Part shown: positions 1 to 13,780 of the stretch, piece after piece | Layout: every line of letters begins with the position of its first letter | Position numbering within the stretch: position 1 is the first letter of the stretch | Made by a program: the position numbers and the translations under genes | Source: Paramecium tetraurelia | Lineage: Eukaryota | Length of the DNA: 64,000 bases | Assembly: GCA_000165425.1 (NCBI GenBank) | Contig: CT868649.1 | Span: forward strand, 372,001-436,000 | Direction of reading: 5' to 3' | The notes under the pieces: generated by a model | The model's input: the letters and a program-made list of their open reading frames with translations, nothing else | What the model was told of the DNA's origin: nothing | The model's database searches: none

Positions 1-24
1 GTTGAAGGGTGTATTTGGATTCAT
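1..24 (-). CDS. 5' end of a gene running off the left edge (MNPNTPFN...)
   Basis: ATG at 24-22 preceded by an AT-rich leader; only 8 codons are visible. Confidence 0.3.
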
Positions 25-577
25 TTTTATTAACAAATTTATTTAAGTATATTTATATTTATAGCTTAATACAGAAATAAACCTAATATAAAAATTAACT
101 AAGATATTATTCATTATAATTAATTAACAAGCAAATAAGTTTTTTAATAAAGCTAAATTCTTATCTGTGCTCCTCATTTAATTTTAAAAGAATTAGCGAT
201 TTCCCTTGCTTAATTTATTGAGGTGTTGTTACGAAGATCTATTATATTGGTCAGGCCAGAAACATATAAATACAAGAAGATAAAAGTTTAAATTATAAGT
301 ATTTTATTAATTATTAATAATTTAATATTATAATATATTAATTGATTTATATTTAAAAAGAACTAAAAAAGTCCATTATACATTTAGACTAGCCTATCCT
401 TTTCTAACTGTGTAAATAAACGCTAGTTGTATAATTATAATACAATATTTTTATATTAATGACGTAAAATTTTATTTCCTTTTTTTAAATTTATGATACC
501 GAAATTAGTTACGACCCTTCTTAACTTAAATGTTTAATTTTTACCAAATAATATATATTTATTAATTATAAAACTCA

Positions 578-1197
578 ATGGACAATGTTAATAGAAGTGA
601 AGAAAACATAGGTCTGCCAAATAGTTTTGACAATTTAAAGTATATCGTTAATTAACTAGTAAACAGGAAAAATAATCGACCTTCTCAGTATCAGAAAGTT
701 GACGAGAATATTAGATAATAAATTATTGATTAAGCTTGTAACAAGGGATAGCCTCTAAGATAGGTATAATTACTATGAATTTTTCAGATATCCCAATAAC
801 TTGGAATCAAATATTCAACTGCCAAAGCCATCGTCTAGGTGTACCAAAACGAAGGAAGGATAGGCAAAAAACGCAACAGAGATAAACGAATTTTCTAAGA
901 AATTGAAACCTTTATGGTTGTTGTTCACAAACAATCAGGAAAAATTGATAAGCTGAAACACAAGTCAGAGTGCAGTGATTTAAAAAGCAATTTGGAATGT
1001 TCTAAAATGAAGTAATAGTTTAACTTAAACTTACAAGTCTTGAGAAAGCTCACTATTCCTAACTAGCTCAGTATTTTGAAAGATATAATCTTAAAGAAGT
1101 GAAGGTTCAACCAACACAGAATTAATCCTTACTGGACATTGTTCAAATATTAAATATGCAGTACTAATAATTTCTTAATGTTGCTTAATAAAAATGA
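578..1197 (+). CDS. Small helix-turn-helix (homeodomain-like / Tc1-IS630-type HTH) protein, about 189 aa
   Basis: Ciliate-code translation with introns 764-787 and 1012-1037 gives YQKVDENIRQQIIDQACNKGQPLRQISQQLGIKYSTAKAIVQVYQNEGRIGKKRNR; TGA at 1195-1197; spliced length is a multiple of 3. Confidence 0.75.
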
Positions 1198-2108
1198 TGA
1201 TTAATTTATATATAAAATAAAAAATAAACTTTTATTCTGAATAAGGAAGTTTTGGCCTTGTTTGAATTTTCCCGCCTTTGATTATAATTATTTATTCATG
1301 TTATATCTTCTTTAAATATATATTAACTAATTAATATTTCATACAATATTTGTAATATATTAACATTATTAATCTATTTTATTATAAATATGAGCATTTG
1401 AAGAGTACAATATTATTATTAATTTAAATATTTAAAGTAAAGGAATAGAAATTTAGTTCATGTCCTTCTTAAAATTTTTGAATTATAATAAACCTTCAAA
1501 ATATAATTTAAACTGTTATCGATTAATATATTTTTAATTTTTTCCAAAATTATCGAATTCACTTATATTTTACAATAATAAATTAGCATTAATTTAAATT
1601 AAAAATTACTTTATTTATCAAGTGATATCTTTTTCATTTAATGAATCTGAGATTTAATGTATTTTTCTATTTTCTTTAAGCGATAGCTCAACCTAATTGA
1701 ATTAATTAAATTTCAGTTACAATTTAATAAATAATCGATTGAATTATGTGGGTACAAAATTATTACTTTATACAGCAACACTAAATTCTACAGGCTTGTG
1801 TTTTCTTTTTCAATATCCTCAATATCATTCAAATTATAGGATTAATATAGACTTTATTCCTTTATTGAAGTAATAGCTTCTTGAAATTTTTCTAAGGGAA
1901 ATTATCTAATATCAGATCGATTTGTTGTTTAATAAGGTTATTTATTTCTGCTGTAAAGACAGTGTTACAAAAATATGATTTGTTAAGCACTTTCTTAGTA
2001 TCTCAGACTTTTTCAAGTTCTAAGATAAGAATAACAAATTAATTAAATAATTCAATTAGAATTGTCTTGAATTCGTAATAATCAATATAATTAAATATAT
2101 CTATAAAA

Positions 2109-3523
2109 TCATTATTAACATTTTACTGCTGATCTCCTACAGTAAGGGCAAGAATTTTTAATTTTAAGCCATCTGATTAAACAATCTGAATGAAATATGT
2201 GTTAACATTCTAGTAATATAATTTTCTATTTTTTTTGTATATCATCACCGCAAATGGGACATTGTATGGTATTATTATTTTATTCTTCTAATTGGGCTAA
2301 ATCCACAGCTTGGTTTCTTTTTTGTTGTACTTCTAATTGGGAATTAAAGGATTTAACTTCTAGTTTCTCTAAATCTTCCTCTCTCAAATTAGTCACTTAA
2401 ACCTGAGGATTATCATTAAAGAACCTTCCATCTCTACAATTCCTTAGTTATAAATAATATTGGCCCTCGATAATATGTATATTTTACTAATATATGAAGG
2501 TTATAGAGGAACGCTATGATTATACTTGCTACTGTTAAGCAAGCAATTAAGTATGAAATTTATTGATAATCAATAACTAACTAGATACCATCTATTATAA
2601 CTTAGAGGAATTGAATCAAAACAAATAGATTTATTACAAAATAAATCTTAGTAATCTCAAATACATGGAACATTAACTAGTTGATGAGAAACTTTATAAC
2701 AGGTTTGATCTCTTTTTGCAAATTGTCAAATTTGATAGAATAATAAAAGCCTATTGAATAAATATAACAATTTACAAACGAATATGATCAGTGTTTAAAA
2801 GTAAAAGAGATATTCGTATGATTAAAATAACCTTTTGTCGCAATTAGGTAGCTAATTTACATCGTTTCTTCTGACAATGTTTCTTGAATAAAAGGAATAG
2901 ACATGATTGCAGACAAAAAACGCTGATGCATAATATAATAATTGGGTAGCGGTGTATTTTTATAGGTTTGTATCAAAGGTTCCGTATAGAGCAATAACAA
3001 AACTAAAAATCTAATTGAGTTATGTAAAACTACTACTTCATTAAATAGAATTATGGGGTATGAGACTTTGTAATGATTTTGCCAGATGTTGATAAGTAAG
3101 TTTCTTAAATTATCTCCAGTTCCCAAATATGCATGCCAAATTAAAGTAACCCAAACATAAATTACTCCTAAATGATACAATACGAAATAAGTCAAAGGTA
3201 TTTTTAATGCATAAGCTGTCTACATTTAATGCAATTTTTACTTGTGATTAGTCCGTTTACATTTGATCATATAAGTAATAGGAGCATATTGATATTGGGC
3301 AACTCATGAGTATGATAGCAATGGTCGTATGTAATATGAGTTTGAGAAAGACCATTTAATGTTTATATTGGTTTATAAAAATTAGGAAAAAAATTAATAA
3401 TATCTAAGCATTGTTATAATTGTATTAAATAATTTGTGAGAATAATTCAGGATGTCCCATTTTTCCAATAATTAATTGAATAATAGTAGATAGATGACAA
3501 ATTTATTAACTCATACATAACAT
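2109..3523 (-). CDS. Multi-pass membrane RING-H2 E3 ubiquitin ligase
   Basis: C-terminal CPICGDDIQKKQKIILLECQHIFHSDCLIRWLKIKNSCPYCR (C3H2C3); several hydrophobic segments upstream, including track ORF 2857-3195; four 22-29 nt introns restore the frame. Start codon uncertain (3523, 3514 or 3460). Confidence 0.8.
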
Positions 3524-3707
3524 TATTTATTATTGATTTTTTAATTTGATTATTTTTATATTTAATGAAAATAAATAGTCATCTTATATAGGTTATGTAT
3601 TTTACACTAGTCATTGATCTCTGAGTTGAAATGATAATACTAACTTAATTTGTATTTAATAATAACAAATATGATTGCAAATAACACATATACGACAAAT
3701 ATAATTT

Positions 3708-4285
3708 TCATTGAGTTTCTCCTTGTTGTTATTAATGTGGATGAGCGATATATTCAAATTCTTTTTTATTTTACAATCCAAGACAATTAATGATCCATTT
3801 TGTTAATTCTTCTAATAATTTGGGATATTTATTCTAATCTTTAATCCAAATTGAGATTAGAATAAAATTCTTTTTAGAGTGAGCAATCTTAATAGTTAAT
3901 ATTATATTTTACAATTCCGCATACGCCTTATAAATGTGGATTTTCATCGCTTAAATAATGTAAAATAAGTTCTTCCCACACTCTATTTTCAAATCCTCGT
4001 TTAACTCTGAGTATCAATCTACCACCATTCATATTTTATGGGTCTTCCCATACTGGTTGAATTTACTCCTGGAATAAAAAAAATTAAGCCCCTAAAGGTA
4101 GTTTTTCTGGTTTCACCATATAAGAATAAATTGACCAAAATTCTCTTGCTGTTCCGAATGTGGCTTACATATGCCTATATTTTACCTATTTATTTCAACT
4201 GGTCACTAAAATTATCAACATTTTAGTCTTTGCTAACACTTAGCCAAAAGGTAAACCTAGCTCTTAATTAACAATCCTAGTTCAT
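3708..4285 (-). CDS. eIF4E-family cap-binding protein, class II (4EHP/nCBP)-like
   Basis: RFTFWLSV...DNFSDQLKQIATFGTAREFWSIYSYMVKP...FLFQEQIQPVWEDPQNMNGGRLILR...RVWEELIL...VCGI...ISIWIKD; two introns (22 and 25 nt). Confidence 0.88.
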
Positions 4286-4461
4286 ACACGTAATTATGTT
4301 AAAATAAAATTAGTTTTATTTAATAAAAAACTTGCATTTCTTTATTTTCCTCTAATAAAAATTATACAAAATTTTTAACTAAAATATATAAATGCTATAT
4401 AATGATCATTTATTAATAGTAAGATTGTTCATTTACTTTTATGAAAATAAATATATTAAAT

Positions 4462-7400
4462 TCAATCAGATATAAAAGCCTTTTATCTATCTAAACCTTT
4501 TTAGGGGATGTCACTTAAATGATAGAATTAATAAATACTCTTCTTCATTATTTTATGGTTTTTTATCTGAATTTTATTTTTAAGTAGCATCCTTCTCTTA
4601 CTTCAATCTGTCTACATTTAATCTATGAACATTTCCTGGAGTATATGGGCTTGATCTGCTTTAAGAGTATCTTCTCTCAGGAGTAATATCAGTTTTGGTT
4701 AATGTATTTCCTGATGTGTAAGGTTTTTGAGGAGATTATCTTCTGGTTCTTTTATTTTAATATTCATCTAACTTGTGTCTAAAAATATTTTTTAAAAGTA
4801 CCTAATATTTTACACTCTTTTTTGTATATTGTGAGACTCAACAGACTCAGTGGGTCTTAGCTCTATTCTGTGTTGAACTGTCTTTAAATTCTTTTTATAA
4901 TTAAAACCTTATAAGCCTTTGGTTTGAATTTCATATGGGTTTTTCTAATGATGGTCTCCATGAAATAGGTCTTCAATGTAATGTTGCAAGTCTCCTTTTA
5001 ATTTTTTAGATTTTTATGATCTTCTAATTTAATCATTCTCATCAAAATTTGATGGCTATTAGAAATTCTTAGGACTTATGAGTTGATCCTTTGGACGTGC
5101 GACTTTTGGAGATACTATTTTGATAGCATTTGAATCATTGATGAATGTTTTGGATTGATTTGTGGAATAGTTACCGCGCTTATGAATGATGCTATTCTAT
5201 GAATCTAAATAGCTTTTCTTAGGCAATGTCACTTTCCCAATTACGATAATTTAACTTTCAACTAATGGTTATTCAAGCTTTTATTTTTATGCACTATCAG
5301 ATGACTCTCCTTATTATGGGATTTCTGCCAATTTAGTTTGCATTTTACTAATTGATAACTCACTAAATTAGATCTAACTCTTTTTTGCCAAGAATTAAGA
5401 GAAAACATCACTTTCATTAGGAGCCACTCCATCTTTTTATTTTTAATTAGTGTTATTTTAAACCATTTCACCTAACTTTTTATGCAAATCTTCAAGATTT
5501 TCACATCCTTATATCTAAGATACTATTAACTTTTTTTTATTGGAATCTCCCTTAAACATCTTGGCATCTTTATCTTCCAAGATTACAAGCACTTCTAACT
5601 TTTCATCTATCATCTATAGTTTATGTTAATTGGCTTTATAATTAAATTCCCATGATTCCCATATTTTAACAAAGGTTTCTTCATTTAAATGTTAATCCTT
5701 AAATAATTCATTACTAGATTCATAAATAATCTTTACAGATTGATTCCTTTGGCATAATCATCAAAATCCTAAATTGTCAATTCTGAAGCATTGCCCTTCA
5801 CTAAACATTTAAATGCTTCTGATGGATTCTTGAACTTTGAGGACAAGTTCTTCTTTAGAACAACCCAATTCTCAAGAAGTGCTTATTAAGCCTCTAAGAC
5901 TTGCTTCTATTTGGTTAATTCTTCGATTTCGGACATGATATAATTAATTAATTAAAATAAATTTTATTCAATATTACTTTAAACTATTAATGAGTGCATC
6001 ATTTTATTTCTTTTCCTCTTAAATTTTATAGTAAGCTTCTTATAATTGTTTTCTAATATATTCTTTTTGATATTTCCATTCTTGCAGCGTATTTTCACTT
6101 TGTTTTTGCATATTATTAATGAAAGCACAATCATTGGTGTTATGTTTTTATTGCTTTCTGGCTGAATAATAATTTTCATTCTTTTTCTCACTTTCAATAT
6201 CACTTCTATTCTCTTTGATCTATACCTGATAATCTGAAATTTATGAGTTCAATTTCAAGATTTCTAATTTGAGTTCATTTTATTCTGATTGGTGTTCTTT
6301 TTCTTGCTGTTGATAAAGATTAGAAAATTTATCAATGTTGACATTTGAATCTATAACTCTTTATTCGAATTTGGATATTATGGATCTCAACTTATTTAAT
6401 TCTTATTTATTTTGATTGTCTACTGATTTTAATTATTAATTATGATCTTGTTGTAACTATTCTAATTATAATTTTAGATCAGAAATAAGAGTTTCTGAAA
6501 CAGAATTTCTCTTTTTAATCTATTCATTTTCAAGTTTTAATTTTTCAATTAATTTATCCTTTTATCTATTATCTTCTAATTGAAATTCCTAATAACTCTG
6601 CAATTCTGTTTATAATCTCCTAATTTCAAGTTCTTGTTTTGATTAAATTTGAATATGCAAATTAGACAGATTTTTGATAATATGAAATTCATGCTGTATT
6701 CTTTGCACTGTACTTTCCCATACTTATGTGATATATTTCTAAAGTTCATTAGTATTAATATTTTTAGATAGATATTCTGAAACAGCATTATTTGCTATGT
6801 CAACGATTCCCCAGAAGTCCTCCTTGTCATAATGATGAATTTCATCTATAAAGTTGTTTTTTATTGTTTCCAATTAAACTAATTGCAGATCTTAATATCT
6901 TCTTTATGAATCATTAAACAATCTTTCTAAATCCTTCTTCACACTCTTCCATTTCTTTATAAAAATCTCTTTTTCACTATTGGCTTCCAAGTAATTTTTA
7001 ATTTTCTTTAACAACTACAAATTAAATATAGATTTACTATTTAATGCAATTCAACCAAGTCTCCCAAGTCCTCATCCTGAAAGAACTCTTCTATTGCTTA
7101 CTTGTAATAATCAATTTATGTATTAATATGATATTCAAATTCTTGTTCTTGAATCATCTACCATTATGTTGCAATTTCAGGTAAGGTACCTTGATTTATA
7201 GCATCCACAAAATACCTAAAATTCAACTTGATATTATTACTTCGACATTTCAATAAAAGTGAAAGGTGTTATGGCTTTGCCTTTATATTACTTGACCTAA
7301 ACCTTAAATGATAATTTCTTTCTCAAGGCAAGCACCTATTCCTAGAATTCTGCTCTTAATTCTTCAAATTTCACACTACCTAATTATTAAAGAGCCTTTT

Positions 7401-8210
7401 CATTTTCTGTAGGTCTGACAAGAGTGATGCAATCCCTTTCAGAGAAGAATTAAGATATATGTCTCCTAATTTTATTTTTATTCTCTATAGATTCACTTAT
7501 TCCTTTCAAAGGCTTGAGAGCAGCTTCTAAATAATCCTTTGGAAGGATCTTATTCCCATACTCGTCCTCAAGTCGAAGTGTGAAATCTCTCAAGATCCAC
7601 AAAAAAGAAGGAAAGGTTTCAAATAAGTCCTTCTATGTATTTTAATCTGCCTTCTATAGCATTTTTGTTAAATTAACCTAGAATTCACAAAAGAACTTAC
7701 AATTAACCCCAAATTCTGCAATGCCATATCATCTATAGTCCCAACACTATTATAAATAAAATAGCTGCTCATTAACATAGCCAAAAGGAACACTTTAACA
7801 TCATGATTCATATCCTCTTCAACTGAACCAATTCCTTCAGTGTCAATTAAAATTGCTGGAATGGGTTCCTTATTTCTACCTGACTCAAAATATATCAACT
7901 CTGACCACATCCATAAGCCCTTTAATAATATTTTTCAACATTCCTTACTTTAGTACATGAATTGATAGTAGAACCTACTTCAAATCCTCTGCTTTATTGG
8001 AGCAGCAACTAATTAATTAAATAGCTTTTTCCTGTTCTGTATTTACCTACAACCACAATCACAGCAAAATTCTTGCATTTATCATTAAAAGATTTTATTA
8101 TCTACACAGCTTCCTAACAAAGGACCAATTCTAATAAATTCGTTTGCTTTAATACTTTTCGTTTAAGGCTCGATGGCAATCAATTAAATAGCTCTTGGAG
8201 TTTGTTACAT
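4462..8210 (-). CDS. Guanylate-binding protein (GBP/atlastin superfamily large GTPase) with long coiled-coil and low-complexity C-terminus
   Basis: P-loop VVGKYRTGKSYLIN, GFEVGSTINSCTKGLWMW, LIDTEG, FLWILRDF, followed by an extended E/K/Q heptad region; several tiny introns. Confidence 0.9.
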
Positions 8211-8527
8211 AGTAAATTAATTTAACGATTAAGTTTTATAATTAAATGTAATTTATCTATTCGTGAATAGTTCAATTTCAAAATAAATTTATGAATTATA
8301 ATATGACTATATTGTACTGAACTTTCATAATAAATTATTATAGAATCACTAATTCAGTTATTTAAAATAATTAAAACAGTAAGAACAAGTATTTAAACAA
8401 TTAAGAAAGTAGGATGGATAAATAATTTTAAAGTATGAGATGAAGAGTGGAACTCTAAATGTTAATGATATAAATGATGATGTAAATTGAAAATTTATCT
8501 AGAATGATTTCCAATATAATTTGATAT

Positions 8528-11212
8528 TCATACATATGATGAGTCCCAATTTTCTATGAAGTTGAGTTTTTCATCGCCCTCTTAATAATCTAGATCTAAG
8601 ATTTTCTAAGACGTATATTATTAATTTACATTATCTTCTTTATTGATTTATTATCCATCCCTGAAAATATTGTGTTGAGCATAAAAAACTAGACGAGGAG
8701 GCTTATACTGCTTTGTATATAGTCGATCCCAGTCTATTTCAGCGAAGAACATATGCTTCTTCAATACGGAGACATCATTGTATCCCAATCGTTCTTCAGG
8801 GTCTTTTTTGAGCATCCGTTTTAATAGATCCTATGCTTCTAAACTTATATTTTTAGGTATAAATAATGAATCTATCTAATGAATTATGTAATACCATATT
8901 TAATCTTTTCCATTAGACTCTTTAAATCTTGAGTATAAAATGGTGGGTATCCTGTTAACATTTCATACAGAATAGTTCCAATTTAATAGATGTCAGTGGC
9001 TTTTAAGGAGACTCCTCCTGTGACCAATTCTGGAGGTAGGTAAGCAGGTGATCCACAAAAACTAGAGGCTGTGAAGTCATTTCCATCGAATTATTTACAT
9101 AATCCAAAATCAGTTAGTTTAATATACCCCTCTTAATCAATCAAGATGTTTTCAGGTTTTAAATCTCTATATATAATTTATTATGAATGTAGATATTCGA
9201 TGGCTAGAATAATTTAGGCTATAATGAATTTGGCAGTATATTCATTCAAAATTTACCCTCTAGTCATATACTTTGATAGATCTCCTGCAGGACATAATTC
9301 TGTCACTATATATAAATAGAATTGAGTCTTATTTATTAGAATATTAATGATACTTGGAAAGATAGATACAATTTCACAATAAACGGATGTCTTATTGTTC
9401 TTAGAATCTGTAATTCCGAGATTATGTACTTAAGATAGCCATTTCGAATTAGTTTATCTTTTTCTTGTTATTTGATAGCACAATTTATATGCTTATACTT
9501 AGCCTTGTATACATTTCCAAAGCTTCCTTTACCTATCATTTCTACAACTTAAAAGCTCGAAAGGTTAATTTTATCTTAAATACTGTAGGAATTGCTCTTT
9601 TCTATGATGATATCAATTTCTGAGGCTTCCTCAGTAACACTATTCAAATCAGAATTCTATTTTTTTTTTTGAATTGCTTATTTTTATTTAGACTGCACGT
9701 GATCTTCCACTTTGCAATCTTCAATATTAATGATCGAATTCGGTTTAGCCATCATTAAACCAAAGGCTCTTTATGCTAACCTTTATTCCTCTGGAGATTT
9801 AATGTTCTACTTAATGTATCGAGAATAGCCAACACAATTTTTTAAACCTTCATACCATCTTCTAGCAGCATCTTTACTCTTCAATGCAATGAAGATATGC
9901 TTTGAAAAGTATTTGATTTCCAAATAAAAATAATCATCTTCCTAAAACCACTCATCTTTAGAAACTTTGATATCATAAACATTTTCTAAGGGTATGATTT
10001 AACTAAGTTTAAAAGAAAATGTACTTAGGATTGTGTGGAATGTCTTAAATGTTTTTAAATTTAGCAATAGAATCAGTGTCTGGATCAACAATCATATATC
10101 GTTCATACATTCTTAATTTAAAGTAATTAACTTTAAAAACCTTTCCCTTGAGTATTGGTGGTCGTTATGGTTTATTTATGATGAAAGTCTCTAAGTAATT
10201 TGATATAAATTTACATCTTTCATGAGATTGTCCAAACTAATTCCAATCATTGAAGAAATGAATGAAGTTCTATGACTTTAAACAATCTAAAATTCGTTTT
10301 CATATTTTAATAGTTATTTAGCTTTATTGCGAGCAATATCAATAGCCCTACAATTATTTTTATCTAAAATGCTATTAATTAATGAAAATTATGCATACTT
10401 CATATCTATTTTTGGATGATTGAGTAATAATTACACAAATTCAGTGTCATCATTTTAGGCTGCCAAATGCAACGCTGTCCCGTGTTTACTTAATTGATTC
10501 ACATTTAATTTAGGTTAGGCAAGTAACAAGCAAAAAACTTAAATAACTGAAAATTCTTACTAGTTTTTTGTCTTAGACAAACTGATAAAGAAAGACAATC
10601 CCAACCATCATTAGTTTGCAGATTTATATTAGCTCCTTCAGTTAATAACCACAAAAATAGCTTATCAGATCCTGCTAAAATTGAAACATGCAAAGCTGAC
10701 CATCCAAAAAAAGTAGTATCATTCAAGAAAAATTCTTTTTATTCGATGTGCGATTAAAGCAAAATTTTGGCTTCTTCCAAGTTATTTTTCTATATGTGTT
10801 CATAAAATTATTCGATTTAGAGTGCAAGAAAACTGTTGTAAATGATATTTTTGTCTCTTTAAGAGAAGGAATTGTGAATTGACTTTTTTAGAGTTGAGGC
10901 AGTATTTTAATTGGTTGATTCGAAGGAATCATTTTGATAAATTTGAGATGCCCTAACACTAAATTAGTCTTTGCTATTTTTAACAAACAAAACACCCTCA
11001 TTAAGTAGTTTTATTTAACTTAAATACTCGTATTTGTATATTTGTTTCATTTCTCTATTGTGAACTATAAAGAGTTGTTGATCATCTACATCTATTTCAG
11101 TCACTCTTTCGATTTAAAGTCGCAGGACTTGCAAAGTTTCCTTTGAGGAGATCTCAATGAAGCAATCCTACATTTCTCCCCAAGCATTAAAATATTTAAG
11201 CTTTATTTTCAT
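8528..11212 (-). CDS. AGC-family Ser/Thr kinase with N-terminal ubiquitin-like domain, ankyrin repeats and PH domain
   Basis: Ankyrin motifs GWSALHVSILAG and GTALHLAA; PH-like ILKGKVFKV...RYMIVD...AARRWYEGLKNC; kinase IGKGSFGNV, AIK, YRDLKPEN, TDFGLCK, SFCGSPAYLPPE, then an AGC tail FFAEIDWDRLYTKQYKPP; six tiny introns give a multiple of 3. Confidence 0.9.
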
Positions 11213-11375
11213 TTTATTAAAATAGGATTAATAATAATATGAAACCAAATATTTAATTATAGGTTATAAGCAGCAACACAAGCAATTGCAGTCATGAGTT
11301 TTATCTACAAACAGAATTAAATGATTCATATTTATATATGCTTTATCAGTAAATATTATTATTTTTTAATTAAAT

Positions 11376-12518
11376 ATGAACGTTTAATCAACCCACTAAT
11401 CCACATTACAGGATTTCTAAGTCATTCAAGAATTGGGATCTGGTTCTTTTAGCAACGTTTACAGAGTAGTGCAATTATAATTATTTCAAGGTCAAAAGGA
11501 TTGTAGATGGATAAGAATATGCTTTAAAAAAAGTTAAAATAGCTAACTTGAAGTAAAAGGAGAAGCAGAATGCATTAAATGAAGTCAGGTTCCTGTATTC
11601 TATAAATCACAAACATATCGTTGCATATAAAGTAAGTTCTTTTTCGAATTTTAGGAAGCCTTTATTGATGAACCCTCACAATGTCTTTGCATAGTTATGG
11701 AACTATTGTCTGGGGGAGATGTCTATAAAAAGATCTCTCAAGCCAGAGGTTCCACTCCTTTTTCAGAAATGGACATCTGGAGAGCACTCATTCATATCAC
11801 TTTAGGGTATTTTGAATTAATATAACTGAAAGATTAAAGGCACTTCATGATTAAAAAGTAGTTCATAGAGATCTTAAATCCGCTAATGTTTTTTTATCAA
11901 GTGATGGAACTTTCAAGCTTGGAGACTTGAATGTATCCAAAGTGGCCAAAGGAGGCTTTGTATATACATAAACTGGTACTCCATATTACGCAAGTCCTGA
12001 AGTATGGAGAGATTAACCATATGATATGAAAAGTGATATTTGGTATTTGTTCTTTATATTTTTAAGGTCACTTGGATGTGTAATATATGAAATGTGTTGT
12101 CTATAGACTCCATTTAGAGCAAAAGATATGGACTTGCTATTTCAAAAAGTTTAAAGAGGAACTTATGATAAAATTCAAAGTCACTTTTCAAAGGATTTGT
12201 CTCAAATTATCTCCAGTTTACTGTAAATATAACCCAATTAACGACCTACTTGTGATTAGATACTTGCTAATCCAATTGTTTAAAAACACATGAAAAATAT
12301 AGAAACTAACATAGAAACAAAACCAATCAATAAAACTCTTTTGGAAACCATTCAATTTCCAAATAACTTTAAATAATTGAAAAATCAATTACCTAAGGTA
12401 TAATTAAGATAAAATTATTGTGCAGTCCAATTACGATGAGGTCAATCCCAATGTAAGCGCAGATAGAGTCTAAGATAATAAATCCACTGATAAGTCTACA
12501 AGTCCATTCAGATATTCC

Positions 12519-12553
<35 letters not shown>

Positions 12554-13780
12554 CCCGATCACTGAATCTAGAGTCAGTCAAAGCTAAGTAAATGCGATAT
12601 AGGCACACCAATAATCCCCTTTGTAAGTTAAGAATAGTTCCATTATGGATAAAAATCAAAGTGTGGTTCAATAACCTTAATAATATCTTAGACAATCCTC
12701 ATTAAATACTAAAACTGAAAAGCCTCAATCAGCATAAATTAATTAAAGATAAAATCCATACGAGAGAGCACATGAATTGAGAGAACAAAAAGAAAGAGAA
12801 AGAGAAAGAGAGATCAAACAACAAAGAGAAAAAGATTAGCTCTTAAGAGAAAAGAGAGAAAGAGATGCCAGAGATGCTAAACTTGCTAAGGAAGCTAAGG
12901 AAAAATAACAATAAGAAGCCAAACTTCGTGAAAGCAGAGATCAATAAAGACTTTTGATGGAGAAATAATAGAGAGAATAGCAAGAACAATAGTAATTTAG
13001 AAGGGTTTCTCCAATTTCTGCTTAACCTCGAGATTACTCTTATGCAAACTACATTAATCAACAATAACCCAGAAGTCAACATTCCTATTCTCCCATCACC
13101 AGATCAATGGATTAATAAAACATTTAACAGGGACAAAAGTATGAATTTAAATCTATTTAGTGGCCAAAGAATTAATTATGGCAATCAGATTTAACAAAGA
13201 CCAATTATAAGTTAATCGATCAATGTTAATCAAAATTACCCCAGTCAATAAAATAGAATTTATAATTAAGAGACGTCACAACATAGGCCTTCATAGACTC
13301 CACAATCCGCAGCTCCTCGACAATAATACAGTCCTTATTAAAAACCTATTACTGACAGATATGCTGCTCATCCACAATCAGCTCTGCCATCCTCAAATGT
13401 TAGAGAAGTCCAGAAAACCGAAAGGCCTTAGGTGTTTCCAATTTAAGCTAAGGTCATTAAATAACGATAATCTGATCAAAATTAGAAAAACGATTTTTCA
13501 TCTCCCAACTAATAGGCTATCAGACCTGCTGGCAAACCCTCTAGACCTTAATCCAACAATATTTTTGCATAAAATGACAGAATCATTAAGACTGATTCTA
13601 GAGCATAGAATAACTTCATTACGGGAAATTACAATCATTATTATCCTATTGATAATTACTAAAGACATGCTTCGGATCAAAATTTAATCAAATATTAGTA
13701 AATATTAAGTATATTTTAGACTTCGCTAATAGGATAGGTAAGTATTACTGCGTCCACAGATTAACAATAGGAAATACTGA
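11376..13780 (+). CDS. NIMA-related (NEK) protein kinase with Q-rich / coiled-coil tail
   Basis: [72 protein letters not shown]; poly-TAA (polyQ) near 12519-12551. Confidence 0.92.

Noticed and set aside
640..659. Apparent 20-nt GT..AG intron in the HTH gene
   Set aside because: Removing it breaks the frame, whereas the unspliced sequence is open and in frame.
1688..2050. Coding-like minus-strand frame (EAITSIKEQSLYQSYNLNDIEDIEKRKH...)
   Set aside because: No clear start codon or recognisable motif; it cannot be told apart from a pseudogene remnant or chance.
4234..4257. Apparent 24-nt intron in eIF4E
   Set aside because: It encodes the conserved FTFW motif, so it is exonic.
12519..12551. 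(AAT)n microsatellite or run of stop codons
   Set aside because: In-frame TAA codons encode polyQ in the NEK tail; the same applies near 42140-42190 and 61870-61940.
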